Below, in pieces: positions 1-10,900 of a stretch of DNA of 57,685 nucleotides. The position numbers and the translations under genes are program-made. The DNA is from Verrucomicrobiota bacterium (lineage in GTDB: Bacteria; Verrucomicrobiota; Verrucomicrobiia; Verrucomicrobiales; DEV007), in assembly GCA_045046875.1 (NCBI GenBank), contig JASFYY010000113.1:1-57685 (forward strand), in the 5' to 3' direction. The number at the start of each line of letters is the position of its first letter. Position 1 is the stretch's first letter. The notes under the pieces were generated by a model that did not search any database, was not told where the DNA came from, and was given only the letters and a program-made list of their open reading frames with translations.

Positions 1-50
1 CCCATCCGCGCCCATCCGCGCCCATCCGCGCCTATCCGCGCCTATCCGCG
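1..50. repeat. 10-bp tandem repeat (CCYATCCGCG)x5, cut by the window edge
   Basis: CCCATCCGCG x3 followed by CCTATCCGCG x2, read directly. Confidence 0.95.
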
Positions 51-140
51 GTCTATTCTAAAAGAATTTGAATATAGTCTAGAGAATACCTGAGTAGTTA
101 CCATCGTTGAAGTGAAGTAGGTACCCCTGAAGGGGTTAAC

Positions 141-779
141 TCATTCCTCCGCACTCTCCAATTCCGCCAGACGGTGAAACTCCTCATCGTTGATAGCTGA
201 TACGGAAGTATCGCAAAAACCCACCACCCGTCTGTTATTCTTAACCTCCGGTGACGCGATCAGCAGCGATCTCGGTTCACTGTTCACCGTTTTACCCGAA
301 AAATACATGTAGGGCTCAATCTGTCCAGAGTCACTGTTGATGTAACCCAACAGGCTTTCATCGCTAATAAAATCAGGTGACAACTCTTTCAGTGTGTCAG
401 GGTATTTCCCATCATGCTCAGCAGCAAAAGTCTGACAAGCCACCAACAGAATCCTGACGTCATTGGTTTGTTTGTTTTGCCGCGCCGCCTCTTGAACTCC
501 AACAAAAGCAGGCATCGCTATTGCCATTATAATAGCACTCACAAAAACCCCCATCCCCCCTGTCACGATTCCAGTTATAGCAAAACCCTTGCCTTTCAAC
601 TGCCCCTGCGACCCATTGATTTTCACCAGCGCCACAATGCCCAGAATCAACGCCGGAATCGTGCCAAATATAGACAAGCAGAAACTCAAAATACCAAAGA
701 TCATGGAAAATATGGCCGCCAACGATGTTTTGGGCGCTTCGGGATTGCTGGGGGCAGTGAATGGTGGAACTTGATTCAT
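141..779 (-). CDS. DUF4190-like membrane protein with a pilin-like C-terminal part
   Basis: TSLAAIFSMIFGILS...ALILGIVALVKI...KGKGFAITG (DUF4190-like), then AMPAF...EAARQ...GKYPDTL (pilin-like helix). Start moved to ATG 779. Confidence 0.7.
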   Translation of the reverse strand: MNQVPPFTAPSNPEAPKTSLAAIFSMIFGILSFCLSIFGTIPALILGIVALVKINGSQGQLKGKGFAITGIVTGGMGVFVSAIIMAIAMPAFVGVQEAARQNKQTNDVRILLVACQTFAAEHDGKYPDTLKELSPDFISDESLLGYINSDSGQIEPYMYFSGKTVNSEPRSLLIASPEVKNNRRVVGFCDTSVSAINDEEFHRLAELESAEE

Positions 780-880
780 ATAGTCCCACCATGGCAAAAT
801 CCCCCCTCCGTATCAATGGGAAATTTGTATCCACCGTTACTATTTGAGCATTGTCTCGAGCCGTGATAGATTTCCCTTCC

Positions 881-1609
881 ATGAAATTTTCCTCAATCTT
901 GCCTATCGCCGCCTTTTCGGTTTTTTTGCAGCTGCTCACCTGCCTGCCCGTCCACGCAGAGCAGCAAACTGTAAACTTCGAAAAACAACGGACCGGCACC
1001 GACCAGCTCGAATACCTGCTCGCCCTGCCCGAGGGCTACGACAAAGACCCGGCAAAAAAATGGCCGCTGGTCATCTTCCTGCATGGCTCGGGTGAACGCG
1101 GCAGTGACATCAAAAAAGTCAAAATCCACGGCCCCCCGATGCTGGTGGAACAGGGGAAAAAATTCCCTTTCATTCTGATCTCCCCCCAGTGCCCGAGCGG
1201 TTCCAACTGGTCGGTTCAACCGCTGATCGAAATGATCGAAGATGCGGAAAAACGTTATCAGGTTGACCCCAAACGCATCATCCTCACCGGGCTCAGCATG
1301 GGCGGTTACGGAACCTGGAACCTCGCCACCCGCCACCCGAAAAAATTCGCCGCACTGGTTCCACTCTGCGGCGGCGGCACCCCTTACCTCACGGCACTCA
1401 TCAAGGATACCCCCATCTGGGTCTTTCACGGAGCCAAAGACGGCGCAGTGGATATCGGCGAATCCCAACGCATGGTTGATGCCTTGAAGAAAAATGGTAG
1501 CAGCAAAGTGAAATTCACCATTTATCCGGAAGCCGGACACAACTGTTGGACCGAGACCTACAACAACGAAAAACTCTACACTTGGATGTTGGAGCAAAAA
1601 CTGCCATAA
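881..1609 (+). CDS. Secreted alpha/beta hydrolase (phospholipase/carboxylesterase, predicted peptidase)
   Basis: Signal peptide, FLHGSGE, GLSMGG nucleophile elbow, HGAKD, GHNCW. Confidence 0.85.
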   Translation: MKFSSILPIAAFSVFLQLLTCLPVHAEQQTVNFEKQRTGTDQLEYLLALPEGYDKDPAKKWPLVIFLHGSGERGSDIKKVKIHGPPMLVEQGKKFPFILISPQCPSGSNWSVQPLIEMIEDAEKRYQVDPKRIILTGLSMGGYGTWNLATRHPKKFAALVPLCGGGTPYLTALIKDTPIWVFHGAKDGAVDIGESQRMVDALKKNGSSKVKFTIYPEAGHNCWTETYNNEKLYTWMLEQKLP

Positions 1610-1636
1610 AACAAAGCCCCTGAAATTCCCTCGCGC

Positions 1637-2434
1637 ATGTTACACGTCATCCATTTTTCCGACACTCACCTCGGCGCCACGCCTGAGTTTTCCGTGCGTG
1701 AAGTAACGCCCTACAAACGGACTTTGAAATTAATCGGCAGCATCAATCAACTCGATTTCAAACCCGACCTCATCGTTCACACTGGCGATGTCACCAACGA
1801 TCCGCTGGCTGAAGCCTATCAACTGGCAGTAGAATGTTTTTCCTCACTCAAAGCCCCTATCTACTTCGCCACCGGCAACCATGATGACGCGCAACTGATC
1901 AAACAGCACCTGCCGGTCTCTCCGCATACCCGTTTGGTCGATGATCCTGACCGCTTGGCTTACCACTGGGACATGGGGCATCTGCGTTTTTACTGCCTCG
2001 ACGCCAAAGTGCCCGAAGAAGAAGGCCCCCACGGAGAAATCCCGCAAAACCAACTCGACGCGCTGCGCGAAGACATCGCCAGTCACGATCTTCCCTATGC
2101 CGTATTCCTGCACTTCCCGCCCTTCCGCATGGGCTCGATCTGGATGGATAAAAAACTCATCCTCACCAACGGCCCCGCTCTGCACCAGATTTTAAAAGAC
2201 TCCAGCCCTGATCGTTATCGCATCCGCGGGGTCTTTTTTGGACACACCCATCGCAGCATCCAGCTTTATCGGGAAGGCATCCTCTATTCCGGCGTCGCCA
2301 GTCCCGCATTTCAATTCAGCATGACACCCGAAGACGGCCCGCCCAGTATCGACGCGAGCTCTCCCCTTGTGTTTAATCACATCACTTTCCTGCCCAACTC
2401 CACCGCGATCAAAGAATACACCATTTCCCCCTGA
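1637..2434 (+). CDS. Metallophosphoesterase, CpdA/Icc-like
   Basis: SDTH, TGD, GNHD and GHTH calcineurin-like motifs. Confidence 0.88.
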   Translation: MLHVIHFSDTHLGATPEFSVREVTPYKRTLKLIGSINQLDFKPDLIVHTGDVTNDPLAEAYQLAVECFSSLKAPIYFATGNHDDAQLIKQHLPVSPHTRLVDDPDRLAYHWDMGHLRFYCLDAKVPEEEGPHGEIPQNQLDALREDIASHDLPYAVFLHFPPFRMGSIWMDKKLILTNGPALHQILKDSSPDRYRIRGVFFGHTHRSIQLYREGILYSGVASPAFQFSMTPEDGPPSIDASSPLVFNHITFLPNSTAIKEYTISP

Positions 2435-2520
2435 AACAAAAACTGTCCCCCGGACTTTGTTTTCCTCTGCAAATATTTATTTTGCTTTACTGGCAACAAA
2501 AGCCACCTTCTATATTCAAT

Positions 2521-3549
2521 ATGAAAAAATCCTCACTATTTCTCAACGGCTCTGCCATGCTGGCCTCGGCCACCTTGTTACTTTTTTCCAGCACCCATGC
2601 CCCTGCCGCCGATGAAGGCGTCAAAATCACCGACGGCGACGGCAAGTTGCGCATCGAGCTCGATGGCAAACTTTTCACCGAATATCTCTACAACAGTGGC
2701 AAGTCGGATTTTTTCCCTATCTTCTATCCTGTTCTTGGACCCGGCGAAGTGCTCATGACGCGCGACTATCCAATGAAAAAACGCGAGGGTGAAAGCAGTG
2801 ACCACCCCCATCACCGTTCATTATGGTTTGGTCATCATGATATCAACGGAGTTGATTTCTGGGCAGTGCAGGGAAACAACAAACAGCCACTAGGCAAAAC
2901 GGTTCACCAGAAATTCACCAACATCAAAAGCGGCAAAAACTCCGGCACCTTCACCAGTGAAAACAACTACGTCACCCCAGACGGAAAGATCGTGCTCACC
3001 GACGAGCGCACCATCGTCATTCACCAACGTGACCCGAAAACGGATGCGCGCATGCTGGATTTCACCATCAAATTCAAAGCCTCCCATGGCAAAGTGGTGT
3101 TCGGTGACAACAAAGACGGCTGCATGGCGATTCGCCTGCACCCCTCCATGCGCGTCGACCAACAGCGCAAGGATGTCGAAAACCCCATCAAAGCCGAAGG
3201 GCATATCCTCAACAGCGAAGGTGTGCGCGACAAACCCGCGTGGGGAAAACGGGCCAAATGGGTCGACATGACCGGCCCGGTTGACGGCAAGGCTGTCGGC
3301 GTTTCCATCTTTGATCACCCATCCAACCTGCGTCACCCTACCTGGTGGCACGCCCGCAGCTACGGCCTGGTCTCCGCTAATCCTTTTGGCAAACACCACT
3401 TTGAAGGGCTCAAAGATCAGCCCGAAGCAGGCAACTACACTTTGGATGAAGGCAAGACCCTCACCCTGCGCTACCGCTTCTATTTCCACCAGGGTGATGA
3501 AAAACAAGGGAAAGTAGCCGAACACTACGAAGCCTTCAGCAAGGAGTGA
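2521..3549 (+). CDS. Secreted protein of the so-called PmoA (DUF6807-like) family
   Basis: Signal peptide, DHPHHRSLWF, AWGKRAKW, DHPSN, WHARSYGL. Confidence 0.8.
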   Translation: MKKSSLFLNGSAMLASATLLLFSSTHAPAADEGVKITDGDGKLRIELDGKLFTEYLYNSGKSDFFPIFYPVLGPGEVLMTRDYPMKKREGESSDHPHHRSLWFGHHDINGVDFWAVQGNNKQPLGKTVHQKFTNIKSGKNSGTFTSENNYVTPDGKIVLTDERTIVIHQRDPKTDARMLDFTIKFKASHGKVVFGDNKDGCMAIRLHPSMRVDQQRKDVENPIKAEGHILNSEGVRDKPAWGKRAKWVDMTGPVDGKAVGVSIFDHPSNLRHPTWWHARSYGLVSANPFGKHHFEGLKDQPEAGNYTLDEGKTLTLRYRFYFHQGDEKQGKVAEHYEAFSKE

Positions 3550-4008
3550 GTGAGCACCTTGTGGATCAAGCTAGCCCTTATTCCGACAAGTAAAGAATGG
3601 CTGCATGAGCACCAGGAATTACTTGTCTGGCTGGGGTCGGCTTCCATCGTGACCTTCCTGCTGGGCTTGTTCATCACCCCGCTCATCATCGTAAAAATGA
3701 GTGAGGATTATTTCCTCAAGGATCACCCGGTACCAGACGACAGTTTCCGGGGAAAACACCCCGTCATCCGCTGGACCTCCCTGATCCTGAAAAACCTGCT
3801 TGGTTTCCTTCTTGTGCTTGCAGGCATAGCCATGCTCGCCCTGCCCGGCCAGGGTCTGCTCACCATCCTGCTCGGACTGGTGGTGATGAATTTTCCCGGC
3901 AAGCGCAAATTAGAATTACGCCTCATTCATTTCCCTGGAGTGCTACGCAGCATCAACTGGATTCGCGCCAAAGCAAAACACCTCCCGCTGCGCCTGCCTG
4001 ATAAATAA
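3550..4008 (+). CDS. PGPGW-family membrane protein
   Basis: Hydrophobic helices and KNLLG...MLALPGQGLLTIL...FPGKRKLE motif. Confidence 0.75.
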   Translation: MSTLWIKLALIPTSKEWLHEHQELLVWLGSASIVTFLLGLFITPLIIVKMSEDYFLKDHPVPDDSFRGKHPVIRWTSLILKNLLGFLLVLAGIAMLALPGQGLLTILLGLVVMNFPGKRKLELRLIHFPGVLRSINWIRAKAKHLPLRLPDK

Positions 4009-4032
4009 TTCCCCGCCTGGTAGGAAAAAAAC

Positions 4033-4518
4033 TCAGCGTTTGCGCTTGTGTTTGCCATCCCCCACCGACACCACTTCGACCCGTACCCTTGTCAGTCCCT
4101 GTTCCCTGAAACGCAACCGCGAAGCCACCTTCGGCGTCACATCCAGGATCCGGCCGTCGACAAAAGGTCCGCGGTCATTAAGTCGAATCACAGTCGAACG
4201 CCCGTTCTCCAGATTGGTCACCTTCACCCGGCATGGCAACGGCAGTGTGGTGTGAGCACCGGCCAGGGAATGAGGGCGAAATTTCTCCCCCAAAGCCGTT
4301 GTCCCACGTGACAAGCCCAACCAGCGCCGCTCGTCATACCACGACGCCAGCCCCTCTTCACTGTGATACAAAGCCGCCTCCACCGACATCGGTTGGTAAT
4401 GCCGCCCACGGATCTTATAAGACCCCATTTTATAACCGTGATAGCCCGCTGAAGAGCAACCCGTCAAAAACAGCATGACTGCTGAAACCCCTACCCGTTG
4501 ATATCTTTTTTTCCACAT
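4033..4518 (-). CDS. rlpA: Septal ring lytic transglycosylase RlpA family lipoprotein
   Basis: Lipobox LTGC, GLASWY, AHTTLPLP, VTNLENG, NDRGPF, RILDV. Confidence 0.9.
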   Translation of the reverse strand: MWKKRYQRVGVSAVMLFLTGCSSAGYHGYKMGSYKIRGRHYQPMSVEAALYHSEEGLASWYDERRWLGLSRGTTALGEKFRPHSLAGAHTTLPLPCRVKVTNLENGRSTVIRLNDRGPFVDGRILDVTPKVASRLRFREQGLTRVRVEVVSVGDGKHKRKR

Positions 4519-4759
4519 CGGTCCTTTGTATGAAGTCACACTACACGACAATTTTTGATAAAATGCCAATTTTTCAACTCTTCGTTTAGCGTTTTTATTG
4601 CTTCTCCTCAGTCTACATCATAAACTCCCCTCTTATCCGCGCCATCCCGGTTAAATTCTTCTTTCCTAATGGAATCTTAAACGCCTTCACCCCAGATCGC
4701 CAAAATCGCCCTTTGAAATCACGCCTATTTGCCCTTTATTGATCCAAAACCTGCACCTT

Positions 4760-5419
4760 ATGAAAACTCTACTCACCCCTATCCTCGCCGCCAGCGCAGC
4801 CCTGTTAATTGTCGCTTGCGAGCAAAAAACCGCCCCCCCCTCGGATCAATCACCGAACATGCCCAAGGGCTCCGCCCCTCAATCCCCACCTGAAAACAAA
4901 GGCTCATCACCACAAATGCCCACACCCAAGCCGTCCGGAAAGGAAAAAACCAGCAACTCTGAAAATAAACCACAAAGCTCGAAGATGCCCAGCAAAGAAG
5001 AACTTAGGGAAAAGCTAACGCCCATGCAATACCGGGTAGCGGTAGAAAGCGGAACCGAACCACCTCGCGCCAACGAATATTGGAACAATAAAAAAGCCGG
5101 CATTTACGTCGACATCATTTCCGGCAAAGCCCTGTTTGCCTCAACCACCAAATTTAAATCCGGCACCGGATGGCCCAGTTTTTTCCAACCCCTCGACAAA
5201 ACCGAAGTGCTCGAAATCGTCGATAAAACCCACGGCATGGTCCGCACCGAAGTGCGTTCAAAAACCGGTGACACCCACCTCGGCCACCTTTTTGACGACG
5301 GCCCCAAGCCCACCGGCCTGCGCTACTGCATCAACTCCGCCTCGCTACGCTTTGTCCCCGTCGAAAAACTCAAAGAAGAAGGCCTGGAACAATACGCCGA
5401 CCTCTTCACCAAAGAGTAA
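4760..5419 (+). CDS. msrB: Peptide-methionine (R)-S-oxide reductase with lipoprotein signal
   Basis: [29 protein letters not shown]-terminal LIVAC lipobox and Pro/Ser/Lys-rich linker. Confidence 0.95.
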   Translation: MKTLLTPILAASAALLIVACEQKTAPPSDQSPNMPKGSAPQSPPENKGSSPQMPTPKPSGKEKTSNSENKPQSSKMPSKEELREKLTPMQYRVAVESGTEPPRANEYWNNKKAGIYVDIISGKALFASTTKFKSGTGWPSFFQPLDKTEVLEIVDKTHGMVRTEVRSKTGDTHLGHLFDDGPKPTGLRYCINSASLRFVPVEKLKEEGLEQYADLFTKE

Positions 5420-5506
5420 AAAATACAGATCAGTGCTCATCAGTGGTTGTATTCCCCATTTAAAAAATGTCGTTTGACCTGACTAAAATCAGATTCCCAA
5501 AATAGC

Positions 5507-6127
5507 TCAGCCACCGGATCCGGCCGTTTGCCTGGCACCGGGGACCGGCTGAGCTATCCAAGTTCTTTTTTTCTTACTCCAGACCACTGCTTTATTTTCC
5601 CCCACCGCACAAAAGTTACCTTGGGAAACACTAAGATTCGTACCCGCCCGCAAATTCTCCTGATCCCACGATTGCGCTTGCACATCCCACACCGCCGCCG
5701 ATCCCGATCCCAGCACACAAAAGCTACCTTGCGAACTGATCATCTGACGGGCACCTCCTAGGTTCTGATAAGACCACTTCTGCGTCTTATCACTGAACAC
5801 CGCCGCCGAACCATTACCCAGTGCGCAAAAGTTACCATCAGACTCAATAATCTGGAAACCGCCCGAAAGTCTAGCGGTGATCCATTTCCCTGATCGATCG
5901 CTGAACACCGCCGCATTGGTATTGCCCACCACTCCCAGATTTTTTCCGCGCGAAAGAATCCGGTCAAAATCCGCCGACATTTGCGCAAACTGAGCCTCCA
6001 CCGTAGTCGGCGAATTTTGCGCCCTCACTTCCCCCACCGGCAAAGGAGAACGCCCTCCGACATACCAAGCTGTGGCAAAACCAGCAGCAAAAACAAACAA
6101 AAAGTGCGAAGATCGAGAATTTTTCAT
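5507..6127 (-). CDS. Exported hypothetical protein with four 36-aa beta-strand repeats
   Basis: Signal-like N-terminus; repeat consensus SxGNFCxLGxxxAAVW/FxxxxxxW. Confidence 0.7.
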   Translation of the reverse strand: MKNSRSSHFLFVFAAGFATAWYVGGRSPLPVGEVRAQNSPTTVEAQFAQMSADFDRILSRGKNLGVVGNTNAAVFSDRSGKWITARLSGGFQIIESDGNFCALGNGSAAVFSDKTQKWSYQNLGGARQMISSQGSFCVLGSGSAAVWDVQAQSWDQENLRAGTNLSVSQGNFCAVGENKAVVWSKKKRTWIAQPVPGARQTAGSGG

Positions 6128-6212
6128 AAGACCATTTAGGATTATTAGACTTCCCAACCCTATCATTTCTGATTCACTCGGGCGATGAAAAAATTATAAA
6201 GTGAACCGATGC

Positions 6213-6377
6213 GGGTGCAGGAAAAAAAAGTTAGCCATTGGCTATTGAAAGCTACCTTATCACACCCCAACCTCATTCCGCCTTTTTAGGGCTGGCAATA
6301 AAACCGATTTAACCCCAGCGCGAAGCGCTGGGTAAAAAATCCAATTCTTCCAGCCCTGCAAAGGGCGAAACGCATAG
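6213..6377. mobile_element. MITE copy A (internally deleted, right end missing)
   Basis: Aligns with 33491-33776 and 44015-44301; keeps the left end GGGTGCAGGAAAAAAAAGTTAG. Confidence 0.75.
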
Positions 6378-6425
6378 TGCGGGACGGCGTTCATTAGCGG
6401 TTCCCCGCTCCTTTTTGATCCACTC

Positions 6426-7898
6426 TTACGCCATCATCCCCTTCACCACATTACCCGCAACACCCGTCAAACGCATCCGCAGCCCTTGGAATTTATAAGA
6501 CAATCTCTCATGATCGATACCCAGCAGCTTCATCATCGTCGCGTGACAATCATGCACATGCACCGGATTTTCAGCAATGTTATAACCAAAATCATCCGTC
6601 TTGCCATAAACCGTTCCCGCCTTCACTCCACCACCAGCAAACCACATCGAAAAACAACGCGGGTGATGGTCCCTGCCAAAGTTATTCCCGCTAAGTTTGC
6701 CCTGAGAATAATTCGTCCGTCCAAACTCCCCGCCCGATACCACCAAGGTATCTTCCAACATGCCACGTTGTTTCAAATCCAATACCAACGCCGCCGAAGC
6801 CTGATCCGTCTCCTTGCATTGACGCTCCATGCTGCCCTTCACCCCGCCATGAGCATCCCAACCCTGATGGTAAAGTTGGGTGAATTTCACCCCTCTCTCT
6901 GCCATACGCCGAGCTAACAGACAATTATAAGCAAAGGTTCCCGGCTTTCTAGCCTCCTGCCCATAAAGATCATAAATGTAATCCGGCTCCCCACTGATAT
7001 CGGTCGCCTCGGGCACCGATGATTGCATTTTGTAAGCCATTTCATACTGCGCAATGCGAGTTTCCAATTCGGTATCACCCGTCTTTTGTAACTCCAACTG
7101 ATGCAACTCTCCCAGCCGATCGAGCATCTTACGACGACTCGAAGCACTCACTCCATCAGGATTACCCAGATACAAAACCGGATTTTTATCCGCCCGAAAA
7201 CGAACCCCCTGATAACGCGACGGCAAAAACCCACTGCCCCACAAGCGCGAATAAAGCGGCTGTCCGCCCTTATCCTTGGTGATCAATACCACAAAACTCG
7301 GCAGGTTTTTGTTATCACTGCCCAAACCATAATTCAACCAGGCCCCCATGCTCGGCCGCCCGGCAACCTGTGACCCCGTCTGCAAAAAAGTGATCGCCGG
7401 ATCGTGATTAATCGCCTCGGTGAACATCGAATTCACCACGCACAGTTCATCGACAATTTTCGCCGTATGCGGCAACACATCACTGATCCAAGTTCCCGCC
7501 TGCCCATGCTGATGAAACTCAAACGGCGAACCCGCCAACGGCAGACTCGACTGATTGCCCGACATCCCCGTTAACCTTTGCCCCTTACGCACACTATCAG
7601 GCAGCTCTTGACCATGCCGCTGATTCAACACCGGCTTGTAGTCATAGGAATCAATCTGCGACGGCCCACCCGCCTGAAACAAATAAATCACCCGCTTGGC
7701 CTTGGCTGGCGCATGAGTCCCCCCCAGTATCCCCCGATCCCCAGCTGCTTGCACCGCTGATGCAGGATTCATCATATCCGCCAAAGCCAGCCCGCCCAAG
7801 CCCATGCCGAACTTATTCAAAAAGCCCCGCCTCGACATCCCAAAACTCGACTCCGCCCCCGTACAAAGCCCCTCATTTCCAAAATTGTTCACACTCAT
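6426..7898 (-). CDS. DUF1501 domain protein (Tat-exported, sulfatase-like fold)
   Basis: SRRGFL Tat motif, KAKRVIYLFQAGGPSQ, GWDAH, GEFGRT, GRDHH. Confidence 0.92.
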   Translation of the reverse strand: MSVNNFGNEGLCTGAESSFGMSRRGFLNKFGMGLGGLALADMMNPASAVQAAGDRGILGGTHAPAKAKRVIYLFQAGGPSQIDSYDYKPVLNQRHGQELPDSVRKGQRLTGMSGNQSSLPLAGSPFEFHQHGQAGTWISDVLPHTAKIVDELCVVNSMFTEAINHDPAITFLQTGSQVAGRPSMGAWLNYGLGSDNKNLPSFVVLITKDKGGQPLYSRLWGSGFLPSRYQGVRFRADKNPVLYLGNPDGVSASSRRKMLDRLGELHQLELQKTGDTELETRIAQYEMAYKMQSSVPEATDISGEPDYIYDLYGQEARKPGTFAYNCLLARRMAERGVKFTQLYHQGWDAHGGVKGSMERQCKETDQASAALVLDLKQRGMLEDTLVVSGGEFGRTNYSQGKLSGNNFGRDHHPRCFSMWFAGGGVKAGTVYGKTDDFGYNIAENPVHVHDCHATMMKLLGIDHERLSYKFQGLRMRLTGVAGNVVKGMMA

Positions 7899-7929
7899 AA
7901 TTGCCTTCGTTCAGTATAGCTCCGGCTGT
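7898..7929 (-). repeat. 32-bp direct repeat, copy 1, abutting the DUF1501 start codon
   Basis: TAATTGCCTTCGTTCAGTATAGCTCCGGCTGT, identical to 12713-12744. Confidence 0.95.
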
Positions 7930-7963
7930 CTCGGCTTCGCCTCGGCTCTTAATTTTCTACCTT

Positions 7964-10900
7964 CTACCTCTTAGTAATCGTTTCATCAAAATTCAACATC
8001 GCTTCACACAGAATCGTCGTCGCTGCCAAATCATCCACCGCCAGTTTCGCATTCACTTTACGATCCCCGATCTTCAGCAACTTGGCAGCTTCCCCTGAAT
8101 GCTTGGCAAAATGCTCTTTCTGTTCTGCATAAAGTGCCTGCAAAATTTCCAACTCCCGCGCTTCTGGCTTGCGGCTGGTGCATTGGCGAAAACCTTGCAC
8201 AATTCGCGCCTTCACATCCGTGGCATTTTTTTCAATTAGGTGCTGTGCAAAGACCCGCGCCGCTTCCACATACTGCGGACCGTTCATCAACACCAAAGCC
8301 TGAAGCGGCGTCGAAGTGCGTTCACGTCTCACCAGACAGACCTCCCGCGCCGTCGCGTCGAAAGTCGACATCACTGGTGGTGGCGCGGTACGTTTCAAAA
8401 AAGTATACAGACTGCGCCGATACAAACCCTCGCCTTTATCCGGAGTCTGGCGCTTGAAAGCCGCTGCCAGCTCATAGGGCTTCACCGATATTCCGCCGAC
8501 TTTATTCACCAACAAGCCACTGACCGCCAAAGCATTGTCTCTCACCTGCTCCGCAGACAAACGGTGCCGCGGCCCGCGAGCCAATAAAAGGTTGTCCGGA
8601 TCTTCAGCAAAAGAACGTGGATCTTCGGGCGTCGAGTCCTGACGATAAACCGATGACAAAGCAATTTTTTTCATCATCGCTTTCACATCCCATCCGGAAT
8701 CCATGAAATCCCGCGCCATCCAATCCAACAAACGAGGATGAGTCGGCGGCACTCCCTGAGTTCCAAGATCCTCCGGAGTCGCCACGATGCCTCGTCCAAA
8801 AAATGTCTGCCACAAGCGGTTCACCGCCACCCGGGATACCAGCGGATTGCGCCCATCAATCATCCACTTGGCCAGACCTAAACGATTCTTAGGCCAATCC
8901 TTCTCCATCGGAAACAGACTCACGGGAGTCGCCGGATAAGCCTCCTCCCGCCGCTCGGCGTACTGTCCGCGATTCAAGCGATACGCTGCCCGCTGCCCCT
9001 TCATATCATGCATCGTCATGATCTGTTTCACCTGCGAGATCAGAGCATTTTCCTCTTCTCTCATCTTTTTAGCATCCACCTGAGCCTTGGCAAAAGGCGC
9101 GTCGTGCCTCAGCAAATAGTGATCAAACAAGGCCCCCTCCGATTTTGATTCTCCAACACCGGCTAGCAAAGCCGCTTCAACCGAAGTCAGCTGACGATCA
9201 AAAACCTGGAACTCGTCGATCGCTCCACCGGCAAAACCGATGTCACGAAAGCGTCCCGCCAGTTTCAGTTTGTTTTTCCCCACCCCGGAATCCCCCCACT
9301 CCTTTTTGTGATCAATATCACGAGTCAGTTTATCCTGCATCTTCACCAGATCAATGAGCTTACCATTCTGATAAACCTTCACTCCATCCGCTTGGCTGCT
9401 GCCGTCATAAGTAATCGTCAAATGAGTCCAGGCATTCAGCGGCAACGCCTTTTTCACCTGAACCCGCAGGGCATTACCCGGCCAGAAGTGAATCATTGAA
9501 AACGTCGGCTTGCCATCATAAAGCATCAATTCATAACCCCGGAAAGCCGAGTCCTCAGCCGCCCGTGATCGATGAAATATCACCTGACGGGATTTGAATG
9601 CCGAAGGTTTCAACCACAACGAAAAGCTGAACTCATCCGTGCGATGAAAAGCCGCGGTTTTTTCATCTGTCACGGCAAAAGGATCGTCCCCACTGAACTG
9701 AGCCGCTTTGCCCTGCTTGCCCGCAATCACCTTGGCCCCTTTGATCTTTTTCCCATCGTCAAAATTCAAACTCACCACCGCTTTGGGCAAGACCACCTTC
9801 GGCAACTCAGCCTGCCCCTGGCCCCCAGCCGCCTGCCAGTTGGCAAATCTCTGCTCCGCCGCCTTCGCCACCGTCTGGAGTTTTTTTTCGCTGTCAGCTA
9901 ACTTCTTCAGCAATTTTTTGTGCTTCAACTCCTGATCCCCACTATAGAGCAACAGCGTGGGAGTCGGCGCAGTCTCAGTGAAATGAGAATACAATCCCGA
10001 CTCATCAATATTATTAAAAAACGCGCTCATCTCAAAATAACCCTGCTGGGTCCATGGATCAAATTTGTGATCGTGACACTTGGAACAACCAATCGTAATC
10101 CCCAGAAAAGCCGTGCCATTGGTTTCGACCCGGTCCGACACATACTCGACACGAAATTCTTCATTGATGCTGCCGCCCTCGTTAGTCTGACGATTCAGAC
10201 GATTAAAAGTAGTCGCCAGTCGCTGGTCCAAAGTTGCATTGGGCAACAGATCCCCCGCCGTCTGCCACAGCACAAATTGATCGTAAGGCAGGTTGTCATT
10301 AAAAGCCCGGATCACCCAGTCCCGCCACGGCCACACATGCATCAGCCGGTCTGCCTGATAACCAAAAGTATCCGCATAACGCGCCGAATCGAGCCAGTCA
10401 GTGGCCATGCGTTCACCGTAAGCCTTGGAAGCCAGCAAGCGATCCACCACTTTTTCATAAGCTTTTTCCCCAGACGAATCCGCCACAAAAGCATCCAGCT
10501 CCGCCAGTGTCGGCGGTAGCCCCGTCAGATCAAAAGACACACGTCGCAACCAACGCTCGCGCGGAGCTTGCTGGGTGGGCTCGAGCTTTTTCTGTTGCAA
10601 ACGTGCCAGCACAAAAGCATCAATCTCATTGCGCCCCCAAGATGACTTGCCCTGCAATTTTGGCAGCTCCACCTTTTTAGGGACCTCAACAAAAGACCAG
10701 TGTGTTTTGTACTCCGCCCCCTGCTCAATCCAACGCTTCAGAATATCTTTTTCCTTTGCGCTCAAAGCCCCCAGCTTCGCTTCTGCAGGCGGCATCAACT
10801 CATCCGGATCATCATGGAAAAGACGCACCAAAAACTCACTCTTTTCCACATTGCCCGGCACAATCGCCCCAGCCTCAATCGCCGCTTCACGAACATCCAG

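Noticed and set aside
1..50. CRISPR array
   Set aside because: Contiguous 10-bp units without spacers and no cas genes; the same applies to the repeats at 42187 and 47460
2521..3549. Methane monooxygenase (family name PmoA)
   Set aside because: Soluble secreted protein with no pmoB/pmoC nearby; the family label does not imply methanotrophy
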